Shown: positions 48,427-58,370, counted from the first letter of the stretch. The stretch is DNA of 64,000 nt from Coleofasciculus chthonoplastes F2-STO-03 (GCA_040222015.1 JAVJWO010000067.1:15272-79271), one strand, 5' to 3'. Numbers and translations: made by a program. The notes: generated by a model not told the origin, from the sequence alone.

Positions 48427-50298
48427 TTATGACTGATTACTTTTTTGGGATGGAGGGGAAGAACCCCCTGGACATTGAATAGTATTCTCCACCACTTCCG
48501 GTTGACTGGGAGGCGTTTGTGACGGTTGATTCGTTTGACAAATTTGATCACTCGTTGAGTCTCCAGTGACAAACACTGCTCCGGTATAACTCCTTAAATC
48601 CGGTTTTTTGGCTTGCGCCGTAACCAGCGCCTCCTGTTGATTCGCGGAGACTATCTGATACTGGTAAGATTCAGGTTGTGATTGGAAGGGAATTGCCAAC
48701 TCCTCGAAGCTAGAGGCAAATTTTTCATGTTGTAAATAGAAAATTTGTTGGCTTTTATTCACCGAATTAATAAAAGATTTTGCCTCTAATTCCCCGGCTA
48801 AATCAATCGGCGGCAATGGGGAGGGTGTCAGTAGCGTGTGCGTGGGTAAAATCGGTTGAGGTTCATTTAGAGATAGAGCAGATTTTGCTGTGTTTTGATT
48901 CTCCGAGACAGTTGACTCGCTATCGTTGGCGGTGTCTGTGGATGGAGAAGACACCTGATTAGAAAACGGACGCTGTTGCCAATACACATAGAAAGGAGTC
49001 ACCGCTACTCCAACAATCAGTAAGCCAACGGCTGCTACCCATTTTGCTTTTTTCCCTTTCAGCAGATTGAGCCAATTCGACTGAATCGGTTTTTTGGCTG
49101 GAGAGAAGGATTTAGAGGGATTGGACTTGGACGCAACTGCTTTCCGGGGACTTGCCTCCGATTCATTCTTGATAATCTGCGTTGGTGCGTCCGGAGCATA
49201 ATCCCATCGCGCCGTAGCATCTTGGTTATCAAGATTTGTCTCTGATGTGGGATTGTTGACCGCTGAATTTCGAGGATGTTTGCGCGATGTCGCTGCCGAA
49301 TTTTCTCCTGTTCCGGTCAACGATTGGGCAGAATTTCTCATGCCCGACTGACCCGTTGCTCCGCTAGTTTTCCTTAACATCCGAGTGGGCATATTGGTCA
49401 ATTTTGACTCTTGGGTTTTCCCCCGTTGCCCAAGGTTCCCTTTCCCAGCAGGGAATGTAATGATACCCGAATTATAATGACTTAAATTATTCAGATCAGC
49501 CAGAACAGCTGTGACGGAAGGGTAACGCTGACGGAAGTCATAGCGCACCATTTTATCAATGACATAACCAAGTCCTGGGCTAATATTGAGTTGATTGCGC
49601 CAGCTAAATTCACTGGTTTCCGGGTCTTGGGGCAATTGTTTGGGATGTAATCCAGTCAATGCTTGGAGACCAATCATCCCCACCGCATAGATATCACTGC
49701 TAAAGCGAGGTTTTCCGGCTAATTGTTCGTTGGGCATATAGCCGGCTGAACCAATAGCAATCGTCAGCGCCGTTGGTTCAGGGGTTTCCACTGGTTGAGT
49801 ACTGATTTGTTTAACCGCGCCAAAATCAATTAAAACAATTTTATTATCAGATTTGCGTTTGATGATATTAGCGGGTTTAAGATCCCGGTGAATCACTTGA
49901 TGCTGGTGAACAAATTCCAGAATCCTTAAAATCTCTTGTAATAGCCGAATAACAATTGCTTCTTTTAATGGCTTACCCTGGGGTAAAAGTTTAGATAGAC
50001 TATCCCCTTCGATAAATTCTTGGACTAAATAAAATTCTGGATTTTCTTCAAAGTGAGCAAACAGTCGCGGAATTTGTTCATGGTTTCCTAATTTGTACAG
50101 AACCTCAGCTTCGGTATTGAATAAACGTCTGGCTGTCTGCAACATCGCCGGATCAGTGGTTTTTGGCTTCAGTTGCTTGACAACACACCAAGGATGACCT
50201 GGTAATTGTTGATCTGCTGCGAGAAAGGTGGTTCCAAACCCACCCGCTCCAAGCTGACGAATAACGCGGTAGCGCCCACTAAGTATAATATCGGTCAT
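48427..50298 (-). CDS. Membrane Ser/Thr protein kinase with a C-terminal type IV pilin-like domain (start may be slightly upstream)
   Basis: LGAGGFG, CVVKQL, IHRDLKPAN, IDFG, GYMPNEQ, DIYAVG; one TM; C-terminal EAKSFINSVNKSQQIFYL...FASSFEELAI...YQYQI...DLRSYTGAVF...IC..C resembles cyanobacterial Pilin_GH domains. Confidence 0.87.
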   Translation of the reverse strand: MTDIILSGRYRVIRQLGAGGFGTTFLAADQQLPGHPWCVVKQLKPKTTDPAMLQTARRLFNTEAEVLYKLGNHEQIPRLFAHFEENPEFYLVQEFIEGDSLSKLLPQGKPLKEAIVIRLLQEILRILEFVHQHQVIHRDLKPANIIKRKSDNKIVLIDFGAVKQISTQPVETPEPTALTIAIGSAGYMPNEQLAGKPRFSSDIYAVGMIGLQALTGLHPKQLPQDPETSEFSWRNQLNISPGLGYVIDKMVRYDFRQRYPSVTAVLADLNNLSHYNSGIITFPAGKGNLGQRGKTQESKLTNMPTRMLRKTSGATGQSGMRNSAQSLTGTGENSAATSRKHPRNSAVNNPTSETNLDNQDATARWDYAPDAPTQIIKNESEASPRKAVASKSNPSKSFSPAKKPIQSNWLNLLKGKKAKWVAAVGLLIVGVAVTPFYVYWQQRPFSNQVSSPSTDTANDSESTVSENQNTAKSALSLNEPQPILPTHTLLTPSPLPPIDLAGELEAKSFINSVNKSQQIFYLQHEKFASSFEELAIPFQSQPESYQYQIVSANQQEALVTAQAKKPDLRSYTGAVFVTGDSTSDQICQTNQPSQTPPSQPEVVENTIQCPGGSSPPSQKSNQS

Positions 50299-50750
50299 GA
50301 GAGTTGTATCTAGGTTGTCAGCAAAAGCCATCTGATCAAACGAAACTGCAATTTGCACATTAGTCTAACTTCATTGTCGCTGCTAATCCGGCAAGGTAAC
50401 AATCAATTGGTGTTGAGTGGATCACGAATTCCCTCCATGTTCGCTGTTCGCGCCTTTATTCACTCTATGGAATCCTAGCACCCAGCATCGGTCAAAGCGC
50501 TTTGTGAACCAACCGATGAGCGCTTCCTTTCTGAAATTGGATTCGATAGAGTTTTGCACCCCTCCTTTCTCAGGATAATCGCAATCGGGCTATCCTTGAA
50601 AGGCTTACTCTATCACAAGGTCTATCACAAGTACCCCATTTAGTATTCCCAGTTTGAGCGATCGCGGTAGCGATTGGTTTGAGTTTAGCCCTTTGCTGGC
50701 AATGATCTGGATCACTGATTTTCAGTTTATCCAGATTGACACTCACCCGG

Positions 50751-51563
50751 TTAAACATGCCCTCGAACGAAGTGAACATTGGCAATACGCTCATGTAGTC
50801 GTGCTACCTTTGCCTGTGCTTTCTTCCGGTTGTTACTTCCTAACCGCTTATTAGTCACCTTTTTTTGCAGCGATTTAAGCTTGATTTCTAGGTGTTTAAA
50901 CGGTCTTGGATTAGGAAATATTTTACCATTAGACACGGCGGCAAAGTGTATTAAACCAACATCTATTCCTAGTGATGTACCAGTCGGATTGATTTCCGGT
51001 ACATCTACTTTCCATTGCAGGGTTAACTGTACATACCAGCCAGATGCCCGTCTCACTATTCGCGATTGCTTGATAGTCGCGTCATCAGGTATTGGACGGG
51101 ATTGGATAAACCGGACTAACCCAATTTTGGGTAACTTAACCTGATTCCCTTGGATAGGTTCTTTTCCTAGTGCAGGGAACACGAATGACCGCATTCGTCC
51201 AGCTTTTTTGAACCGTGGAAACCCTCGTCCATTTTTCCACATCCCCTCAAATGCCAACTGTAGCCGCTTAAGGGTTTGTTGTAGCACTTGTGAGTGTACC
51301 TGCTTAAGTGCAGGGATATTCTTTTTAGCTTGGGTTAGGCTTTCACACTGACTAGAATAGCTAGGCGCTGGTGCATCTGCTGGGATAATGTACTCACTTT
51401 TAATCGAGCAAGCGTTCACTGAGCATTTACGGCTGTTAACCCAATCTTTGCGCTCATGGAGGGCATAGTTATAAACCCGGCGACATTGTTCTAACCATTC
51501 TTCAAAGATGGCTATCTGAGCGCTATTTGGTTTCAGTTTGAATTCGTAAATTAAGGTAAACAC
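50751..51563 (-). pseudogene. tnpB: 3'-truncated TnpB (IS200/IS605 family)
   Basis: YEFKLKP, CRRVYNYAL, GFPRFKK, LPKIG, RuvC-I GIDVG, KVARLHERIAN, then homology stops; no RuvC-II, zinc finger or RuvC-III. Confidence 0.85.
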
Positions 51564-51599
51564 TTGCTCGACCTCTTGCAATCTTTGCTAATATTATAC

Positions 51600-51730
51600 T
51601 ACATTATTGGTGAAGCTTGTTCAGGATAAATCAGACTCGCAACTAAAGTTGCTAGGCTAAATGCATCGCTCGGTTTCATCCCTCGGATAAATCACGATAA
51701 ATCACGAGGGCTTTCACCATCGCTTATCCT
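51600..51730 (-). mobile_element. IS200/IS605 left end (no tnpA), inserted 3' of TTAC
   Basis: The minus strand reads TTAC|AGGATAAGCGATGGTGAAAGCCCTCG...CGAGGGATGAAACC, a subterminal hairpin upstream of tnpB. Confidence 0.65.
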
Positions 51731-52531
51731 GTAACGGCTAGAGTCAGTCGAAGATTGCTGCTGATAGGCTAGATACACGGCTTCAAGAAAGACATTTGCC
51801 GTCACCTTTTGAGGCACATTTTCCAGGTCAATGATGTCTTTGACCTGAGTTGCCAGTTGTCGGCTTAACTGCGTGCGGGCTTCTGCTGTCATCCCTCCAC
51901 GCCGTTGCAAATACTCTCGAATGACGGCAAAATCATCGGGTAATAAGCGAGATAAATCAGCTTGAGTCTGGAGTTGATTTGCCAGAGTTGTGGCTGATTC
52001 CGATAGCGAAAAGTTGGCGGCGGTAATGGGTTTTTCTTCCTGAATTACTAAGGTTCCAGCAACCCAATCTCCAATCCGCTTTTCGCGTTTTCCTAAGGCG
52101 ATAAAAAATACTCCCAGAAAAAATAAATCATCAACGGGTCGTAGTAAAGCCCGTAACGTAGCTTGTTGAAGTCTCACGGGTCTGCCATCATCGCGAATGA
52201 CGCGAATTTTGACATAGCGCTTTCCTGGCGTTTGCCCTTGCCATAAGGTTTCAAAGAAAACAAAGTAACCGACATAGATAAAAAAGTAAAGTAAGAGTTG
52301 GATGGAAATTAACCAAAGCTCTAATCGGGTTTCACTGCCGATTAAATCTTCAATAACACCGATAAATTGAATCGATAAAAATGCCCAAGTAAGTAGGAAA
52401 ACAATTAGAATTAAGCCCCAAACAATATAGTCAATTAACAGGGCATAGGCTCGATTGCCGATTCCGGCGAGCGTGAATTCTAGTTCAACACTTTCTGGAG
52501 TTTGCAGCGTGACTCGGTTAAAAAATCGCAT
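51692..52531 (-). CDS. RDD family membrane protein
   Basis: TPESVELEFTLAGIGNRAYALLID, GQTPGKR, KRIGDWVAGTLV. Confidence 0.9.
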   Translation of the reverse strand: MRFFNRVTLQTPESVELEFTLAGIGNRAYALLIDYIVWGLILIVFLLTWAFLSIQFIGVIEDLIGSETRLELWLISIQLLLYFFIYVGYFVFFETLWQGQTPGKRYVKIRVIRDDGRPVRLQQATLRALLRPVDDLFFLGVFFIALGKREKRIGDWVAGTLVIQEEKPITAANFSLSESATTLANQLQTQADLSRLLPDDFAVIREYLQRRGGMTAEARTQLSRQLATQVKDIIDLENVPQKVTANVFLEAVYLAYQQQSSTDSSRYRISDGESPRDLS

Positions 52532-52551
52532 GGCAGATAGAATTCATAAGT

Positions 52552-53487
52552 TTAGCGTAGCTGCATTCCCAAACCTTCTCGACGACTGCGGAGGTCATAG
52601 TAAACCACAGCTTTAATGGCTTGCCAGAAGGGTAAGACTAAAATTCCCCCCACTAAACTAGCAATAAACGAAACTAAATAAACCATCCAGTAAAGGCTTG
52701 ATCCAGGTTCAAGTTGTAGGAGAAAAATCTGCGGTGCATAGCCAGTCAGTATCAGAATCGGTAAGGTGACTAAGAATGTAATTAAAACGACCCCTTGAAT
52801 TCGGAAAGCTGAGTTTTTACTTAACTCCCAACTTCTATCAATACTTTGTTTGCCATTCACTTCTTCTTCAACCGCTAAGGGAACTTCAGCAATCAGCCAC
52901 CGAGCGAAGAACCAGGTTAATCCACCTAAAAGAATAACCACGGCAATGACTCCACCAATAATTGTTGCTACGATAGAACGTGTGAATGGATTAGCGAAGA
53001 GTCCGCCCAAGACTAAATCGATGATGATGCGGAGAATAACCGCCACCAAAACGGCGACAATAGCTAGGGCGATATAGACTAAAACTAATAACAATCCGAC
53101 TTGAAATGCAATTCTAAAGAATGACCAATTCCGGGCATTAAGCTGACCACGAGCGTCACTCATCCGTTCAGGTTGACTGATTAATTCACCAAAAGCTAAA
53201 CGCGATATTAACGCCGAATTCACCAAATATTTAGACAATCCAAAAATCATCAAGGGTATCCAAATTAAAAAGAGTAACCAAGATGGTAAAAATGGAGAAG
53301 CTATTCCCGACCAAGCCGAAGATAATAAAAAGAAGATTATATTGGCGGGTGCTAACCATAATGTTGCGATAAGGGCAACACTGAGATACATCTGTAAGTG
53401 AGAACGGTAAAGCACCAATCCAGCGCTAACTACATTACCCACACTCAAGGGTCCCATGGATTGGCGGGGGTCGGGATTCTGGGACAT
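52552..53487 (-). CDS. Multi-pass membrane protein (hypothetical; type commonly found beside RDD/SpoIIM)
   Basis: PLSVGNVVSAG, several TM helices, SIDRSWEL, YYDLRSRREG. Confidence 0.8.
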   Translation of the reverse strand: MSQNPDPRQSMGPLSVGNVVSAGLVLYRSHLQMYLSVALIATLWLAPANIIFFLLSSAWSGIASPFLPSWLLFLIWIPLMIFGLSKYLVNSALISRLAFGELISQPERMSDARGQLNARNWSFFRIAFQVGLLLVLVYIALAIVAVLVAVILRIIIDLVLGGLFANPFTRSIVATIIGGVIAVVILLGGLTWFFARWLIAEVPLAVEEEVNGKQSIDRSWELSKNSAFRIQGVVLITFLVTLPILILTGYAPQIFLLQLEPGSSLYWMVYLVSFIASLVGGILVLPFWQAIKAVVYYDLRSRREGLGMQLR

Positions 53488-53569
53488 TGGCTAAACATCT
53501 CCTGATCGGTGAAAGGCTGAATTTAAAGCTATCTTAAGCTAAGTTAGGCAGAATCTTCAGTGAAATTTC

Positions 53570-54535
53570 ATGAATATTCAACGTTGGATTGCGCGGCGGG
53601 AACCCAATTGGAAGCGGTTGGATACTCTGTTGCGGCAATTGGAAAAAAAAGGATTAAAGTCGTTACAGGCGGGGGAAATTCGGGAACTGGCGAGTTTATA
53701 TCGTTCGGTATCGGCGGATTTAGCCCGGGCGAGAACCAACCAGGTGGGAACTCTCCTGGTGCAAGATTTACAACGGTTGACCTCTCGCGGCTATAACCAA
53801 ATATATCAAGGATCTCGACGTCAGGAATGGCAAGCGGTGTGGCAGTTTTGCCGTTGGGGGTTTCCAGAGGTGGTGCAGCGCACTTGGGGTTACACCGCTA
53901 TCGCCACAGCGATTTTTGTAGGGGCGGCGCTGGTGGCTTGGTGGTTGGCTTGGACTGATCCGGTGTTTATGTCTCTGGTGGTTCCGGATCATTTGATCGA
54001 GAAGGTGCGCGATCGCGGAGAATTATGGATGGGTTCGATTGTGGGCATTGAACCGTTAGCCTCTAGCAATATTATGATTAACAATATCCGCGTCTCCTTT
54101 GGCGCGGTTGCAGGTGGCATTACAGCGGGTACCTATACGATCTTCCTGATGGCATTCAACGGCTTGCATATTGGTGCTGTCGCCACCTTAGTCGGTCAAA
54201 ATAATTTGGCGTATCCCTTCTGGGCGTTTGTATTCCCTCATGGTTCCCTGGAACTTCCCGCCATTTTCCTCGCTGGCGGTGCCGGCTTGTTAATCGGTCG
54301 CGCAATTCTGTTTCCTGGACACTATCGTCGGGTGGATGCGATTAAAGTTTATGGGTTTCAAGCCGCCCAGTTAGTCTTTGGCATTGTGCCGATGCTAATT
54401 CTTGCTGGGATCATTGAAGGTTTTTTCTCACCGAGTCCTCTGGTTCCCGATTTAATTAAATATGTGGCTGGTGTGGGACTGTTTACCCTTTTAGTCCTTT
54501 ACTGCACTCGTCCCTTAAGCCGTAATCCATCTTAA
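53570..54535 (+). CDS. Stage II sporulation protein M (DUF95) family membrane protein
   Basis: YRSVSADLARART, IMINNIRVSF, PHGSLELPAIFLAGGAGL, AGIIEGFFSP. Confidence 0.88.
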   Translation: MNIQRWIARREPNWKRLDTLLRQLEKKGLKSLQAGEIRELASLYRSVSADLARARTNQVGTLLVQDLQRLTSRGYNQIYQGSRRQEWQAVWQFCRWGFPEVVQRTWGYTAIATAIFVGAALVAWWLAWTDPVFMSLVVPDHLIEKVRDRGELWMGSIVGIEPLASSNIMINNIRVSFGAVAGGITAGTYTIFLMAFNGLHIGAVATLVGQNNLAYPFWAFVFPHGSLELPAIFLAGGAGLLIGRAILFPGHYRRVDAIKVYGFQAAQLVFGIVPMLILAGIIEGFFSPSPLVPDLIKYVAGVGLFTLLVLYCTRPLSRNPS

Positions 54536-54568
54536 AATAAGGAATTGGCAATTGTAACGGGATAATTT

Positions 54569-55171
54569 ATGGCTTACTTCTGGTATAAGGCATTTCACTT
54601 AATTGGCATTGTTGTCTGGTTTGCTGGGTTATTCTACCTCGTGCGTCTTTTTGTCTATCATGCAGAAGCCTCTCAGGAAGCAGAACCCGCGCAAACGATT
54701 CTGAAAAATCAATACCAAATCATGGAGAAGCGTCTCTACAACATCATTACCACACCGGGAATGGTGGTGACGGTTGCCATGGCAATTGGTCTACTCACGA
54801 CTGAACCAGAGGTTTTAAAATCGGGTTGGATGCACGCGAAGCTGGGGTTCGTTGTGGTGTTGCTGGCTTATCATTTTTACTGTGGTCGGTTGATGCGACG
54901 GTTAGCCTCTGGAGACTGTCAATGGACGGGTCAACAGTTCCGCGCCCTCAATGAAGCCCCCACTGTCTTACTCGTGGCGATCGTTTTACTGGCTGTATTT
55001 AAGAATAGTTTACCCACGGATATTACTGCTTGGGGAATCTTTGCTCTGGTTATTGCTATGGCAGCATCAATTCAACTCTATGCGAAAAAACGGAAGCGGG
55101 ATAAGGAAAAACGTCTGGCGGAGGCATCCTCAGCAACCAGCGATGAGATGACTGAACAGGTATCGGCTTAA
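54569..55171 (+). CDS. hemJ: Protoporphyrinogen oxidase HemJ
   Basis: WYKAFHLIGIVVWFAGLFYLVRLFVYHAE, MEKRLY, KL, FRALNEAPT. Confidence 0.95.
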   Translation: MAYFWYKAFHLIGIVVWFAGLFYLVRLFVYHAEASQEAEPAQTILKNQYQIMEKRLYNIITTPGMVVTVAMAIGLLTTEPEVLKSGWMHAKLGFVVVLLAYHFYCGRLMRRLASGDCQWTGQQFRALNEAPTVLLVAIVLLAVFKNSLPTDITAWGIFALVIAMAASIQLYAKKRKRDKEKRLAEASSATSDEMTEQVSA

Positions 55172-55307
55172 CGGATCATTTCAGTAACACTCTTCTATAG
55201 CAGGATACACATCGCTAAGGACAAACCAACTGTGGTAGAGACGTTCTGCCGGAACGTCTCTTCTGGTTAAGAAGAGTAAACATTGGGATTAACAGTTCCT
55301 TATCTTT

Positions 55308-55374
55308 TGTGGAAAACTAACGGGTTTCTGTGGAAAAGTGGCAATATCTGTGGAAAAGTCAGGCTTTTTCCAGG
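55308..55374. promoter_or_regulatory. Three co-oriented TGTGGAAAA (TTTTCCACA) DnaA-box-like motifs
   Basis: Exact copies at 55308, 55329 and 55349, plus an inverted near-copy at 55366. Confidence 0.5.
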
Positions 55375-55385
55375 GGAACTTCAGG

Positions 55386-56294
55386 TTAAAAGGTAATCCG
55401 ATTTGACTCGTAAGCTGGAGGTTCGACATGAATCAACACGCGCACTGGATTAAAACGTTCTTCTAATCGATCCTCCACCACTTCGGTAATTTGGTGGGCG
55501 GTTTCCACGTCTTTAGCATCAACAATCAGATGCATTTCAATGAAGACTTGACGCCCCAAGACGCCACGAGAGGCGATATCGTGGCAGTTGATGACTCCAG
55601 GAACTTGGATAACAATGGCTTGAATCGCTTCGGGTGCGATCGCGACTTCATCGACTAACCAGGGTAAGTTATCCGTTAACACTTCCCAGCCACTGCGAAA
55701 CACTAACAGGGCGACAGGAAAGGCAAGAATCACATCTAACCATTGAAGCTGGGGCAGATTCCACACTCGTCCTTGCCAGATACCAATCAATCCCACCAAA
55801 ACCGTAATGGTTACCCAGACATCACTCATCGTGTGTTGAGCATCCGCTATCAAAATCGCACTTCCCACCCGCTTCCCCACATTTCTTTCATAGAAGGTAA
55901 CGAAAATGTTCACGCCTAAGACAATCAGCAGTAACCACAACTCCAACCCAGAAATTGTGATTGGTGTCAAACCATCCATAATCCTCTCAATCGTGCCTTT
56001 GAGAATTTCCAAACAAGCGATCCCTAAAAATGCCGCAATCCCCAAAGCGCCCAAAGCTTCAAACTTCTGATGACCATAGGGATGTTCGCGATCGGGGTGA
56101 GGAGACGAAAATCGATTCGCCACTAAGCCCAAAACATTATTGGCACTATCGGTGACACTGTGCAACGCATCGGCTTGTAAACTCAAAGACCCTGTTAAAA
56201 TGCCCACAACGGCTTTCAATACCATCACGAATACATTCAACACCAGGGTAATCAGCAAAACTTTGCGAATTTCAGCACGTTTGTCGGCTGGCAT
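55386..56294 (-). CDS. Cation diffusion facilitator family transporter
   Basis: SLSLQADALHSVTD, PDREHPYGHQKFE, ADAQHTMSD, IHVEP. Confidence 0.93.
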   Translation of the reverse strand: MPADKRAEIRKVLLITLVLNVFVMVLKAVVGILTGSLSLQADALHSVTDSANNVLGLVANRFSSPHPDREHPYGHQKFEALGALGIAAFLGIACLEILKGTIERIMDGLTPITISGLELWLLLIVLGVNIFVTFYERNVGKRVGSAILIADAQHTMSDVWVTITVLVGLIGIWQGRVWNLPQLQWLDVILAFPVALLVFRSGWEVLTDNLPWLVDEVAIAPEAIQAIVIQVPGVINCHDIASRGVLGRQVFIEMHLIVDAKDVETAHQITEVVEDRLEERFNPVRVLIHVEPPAYESNRITF

Positions 56295-56334
56295 TATGGT
56301 TGCCCCTCGATAAGGAATTTCCCCTATCCTTAGT

Positions 56335-56752
56335 TTAGTCCGGAAAATGACTCAAACCCTTGTCATTTAATGCTTTTAATTCTCCAAGCTCCCTAAATGT
56401 TGGCAGGCTTCTTGCAAATTTTTCTAGACCAAGGTTTAAACGCAAAGGACAGGGCGATAGCTTTACCCTTGATGGTTCAAGTGAAGTACCCCAACAAGAT
56501 CCGCTCTTATTTGGGGCTTCCAACTCTTGCTAAACGCTAAACAAGGACGGTCTTATTCGTCTCTGGGATTTCCCGTTTCATTCGCCGACGCCTCACCCCG
56601 TTGTCGGAGTCGATTTAGGCGTAAAAGCATTGGCTGTCTTGTCTACGGGGGCTGTGGTGGAAGGTGCCGACACCGCCAGAATGAAGCAGGAAGTAAACGG
56701 CAGATTCGACCAGGTATTGGTAGATTTGTGTAAGTTTTATGTAACGGACTGA
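56335..56752 (+). mobile_element. Degenerate IS607-like tnpB relic
   Basis: One interrupted frame gives RPRFKRKGQGDSFTLDGS (~56426), VVGVDLGVKALAVLSTG (56600, RuvC-I) and RMKQEVN; the ends TAGTCCG...CGGACTG are near-inverted. Confidence 0.65.
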
Positions 56753-56769
56753 GTTACCATCTTCTATCA

Positions 56770-56819
56770 TTGACACTCCCCCGCTTAAAAGACGGGGGAA
56801 CCTGCACCATCGCTATTCT
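56770..56819 (-). mobile_element. 50-bp non-autonomous IS200/IS605 mini-element
   Basis: Minus strand TTAC|AGAATAGCGATGGTGCAGGTTCCCCCG-TCTTTTAAG-CGGGGGAGTGTCAA. Confidence 0.65.
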
Positions 56820-56849
56820 GTAAGCACTCACTATTAAGATTTATTACGC

Positions 56850-57200
56850 ATGATTCCCACTTCGCTCACGCTTAATCTGCCTCAAGGGTCTGTATCGTTC
56901 AAATTTACGCCGGAAGCTGCCCAAAATTTGCAAAAGGCACTCGCCCAACTTGTACAAACTTTAAAAGCTACGGCTCAAGCCCCAGGCAGTACCAGCAAGC
57001 CTAGTCCGCAAAAACCAATAGAGTACCAATATACTGGGGACGTTTTCTTGGAAATTTTCTGCAATCCCAATATTTATCCCAGTCCCTTTGCGGCTAAAGT
57101 TCTAATCACACTGCGGGATGAACGCATCCGTTTGAGTACGGAAGCTGAACTGACTCGGGTGATTGAGGATGTCAATCAGTATCTAGAACAAGTTGGGTGA
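56850..57200 (+). CDS. Hypothetical protein (cyanobacterial type)
   Basis: Clean 116-aa ORF with EYQYTGDVFLEIFCNPNIYPSPFAAKVLITLRD. Confidence 0.75.
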   Translation: MIPTSLTLNLPQGSVSFKFTPEAAQNLQKALAQLVQTLKATAQAPGSTSKPSPQKPIEYQYTGDVFLEIFCNPNIYPSPFAAKVLITLRDERIRLSTEAELTRVIEDVNQYLEQVG

Positions 57201-57319
57201 CACGTTAAGGCAGGGCAACTTGACCAAAACCAATGGCTCTCAAGTCCCTCGTCCTTGCCTTTCGGCTGGAAAGTGTCAAGTATTGTAAAATAACCAACGG
57301 GTCAACCCTTATCTTAGTT

Positions 57320-57712
57320 ATGAGTTCTAACAATATCCAAGACGTTTTACAAACTGGCTTTCGTGTATCGTTAGGGGCTACCACTTCCCTGATCGAAAGT
57401 CTCCAGGATCAGCAAAAGCGGGAAGAAAACCTGTCCCTGCTGAACTTAGACTTCAACCAACAGGTTGCTGAGTTGTCAAAAAAAGGCGAAAAAACCGAGC
57501 AAGAGGCTCAACGCTTGATTGAACAGATGTTCAGTCAAATGAACCAACCGACAGACTCAGCTACACCATCAACACCTAGCGATAGCGGTTCAACACCACC
57601 AACGGGAACCACGTCTAGAAATACCCAACAGGAACTTGAAGAACTGACTGTGCAAATTGCTCTGATCCGTACTGAGTTGGAGCAGATGCGTAATCCTGAC
57701 TCAAATCAATAA
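57320..57712 (+). CDS. Hypothetical coiled-coil (phasin-like) protein
   Basis: GFRVSLGAT...KGEKTEQEAQRLIEQ...ELEELTVQIALIRTELEQ; ATG at 57320. Confidence 0.7.
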   Translation: MSSNNIQDVLQTGFRVSLGATTSLIESLQDQQKREENLSLLNLDFNQQVAELSKKGEKTEQEAQRLIEQMFSQMNQPTDSATPSTPSDSGSTPPTGTTSRNTQQELEELTVQIALIRTELEQMRNPDSNQ

Positions 57713-58091
57713 ATAAGTAGGGTCTGCTGAATAAGTTTGGGGGTGAGGGGAGGGAAGCAGGGGAAGCCATGTAGAGACGTTCCGGTGGAACGTCTGGAAG
57801 CTGAGGGGAGTCTTCTGCTCTAGTTAGGGAATCAGTTTTCAGGCATTGGTAAGGGCGCATGTCTATGCGCCCCTACATTATTTCAGGTTATCCAAATTTT
57901 AATATGCAATTACATTGGTGCTTTGTTAGTGGTCTCCTTTTTTTAGGGGTGTATCAGGAGCAATAGCTAGGGCTGAAGCCTAATGATGAAAGGGTTTGCC
58001 AAACTAAATCCGTACTTGTCCTTGACTCGGCAATTCATCAATGACACAACCAATGACAACGAACCGATAACGAACGTTTACCTGAGGCTAT

Positions 58092-58370
58092 TTAATCATT
58101 TTCCCATTCTTCGGAACCTATCAAATCCCCAATGCGGTCTCTCAGCAAGAAATCGCACAGCTCTAGTTCGCATTCGACACCAACCCATTCGCGAGCGGGA
58201 ATGTATTGACAGAGAACGTAGATGGGTTGCTGACGGCTGACTACTCCTTTCTCTACGAGTTGACGTGCTTCTTCTTGAATCACATCAATGGAATATCGAA
58301 TCGAGGGAGTAGAGGGAGTAGAGGGAGTAGAGGGAACAGTTTGAAGACTCATCGGACTCATAGATACCAT
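58092..58370 (-). CDS. DUF4327 family protein
   Basis: YSIDVIQEEARQLV..G.VSRQQPIYVLCQYIPAREW...DFLLRDRIGDL; N-terminal PST x3 from a 9-bp repeat. Confidence 0.85.
   Translation of the reverse strand: MVSMSPMSLQTVPSTPSTPSTPSIRYSIDVIQEEARQLVEKGVVSRQQPIYVLCQYIPAREWVGVECELELCDFLLRDRIGDLIGSEEWEND

Noticed and set aside
50570..50794. 74-aa ORF downstream of tnpB
   Set aside because: No recognisable motif and it starts inside tnpB; it may be a gene fragment but I cannot support that.
50751..51563. tnpB as a domesticated nuclease-dead regulator (TldR-like)
   Set aside because: It is physically truncated and lacks the right end that would encode the guide RNA, so it is better explained as a pseudogene.
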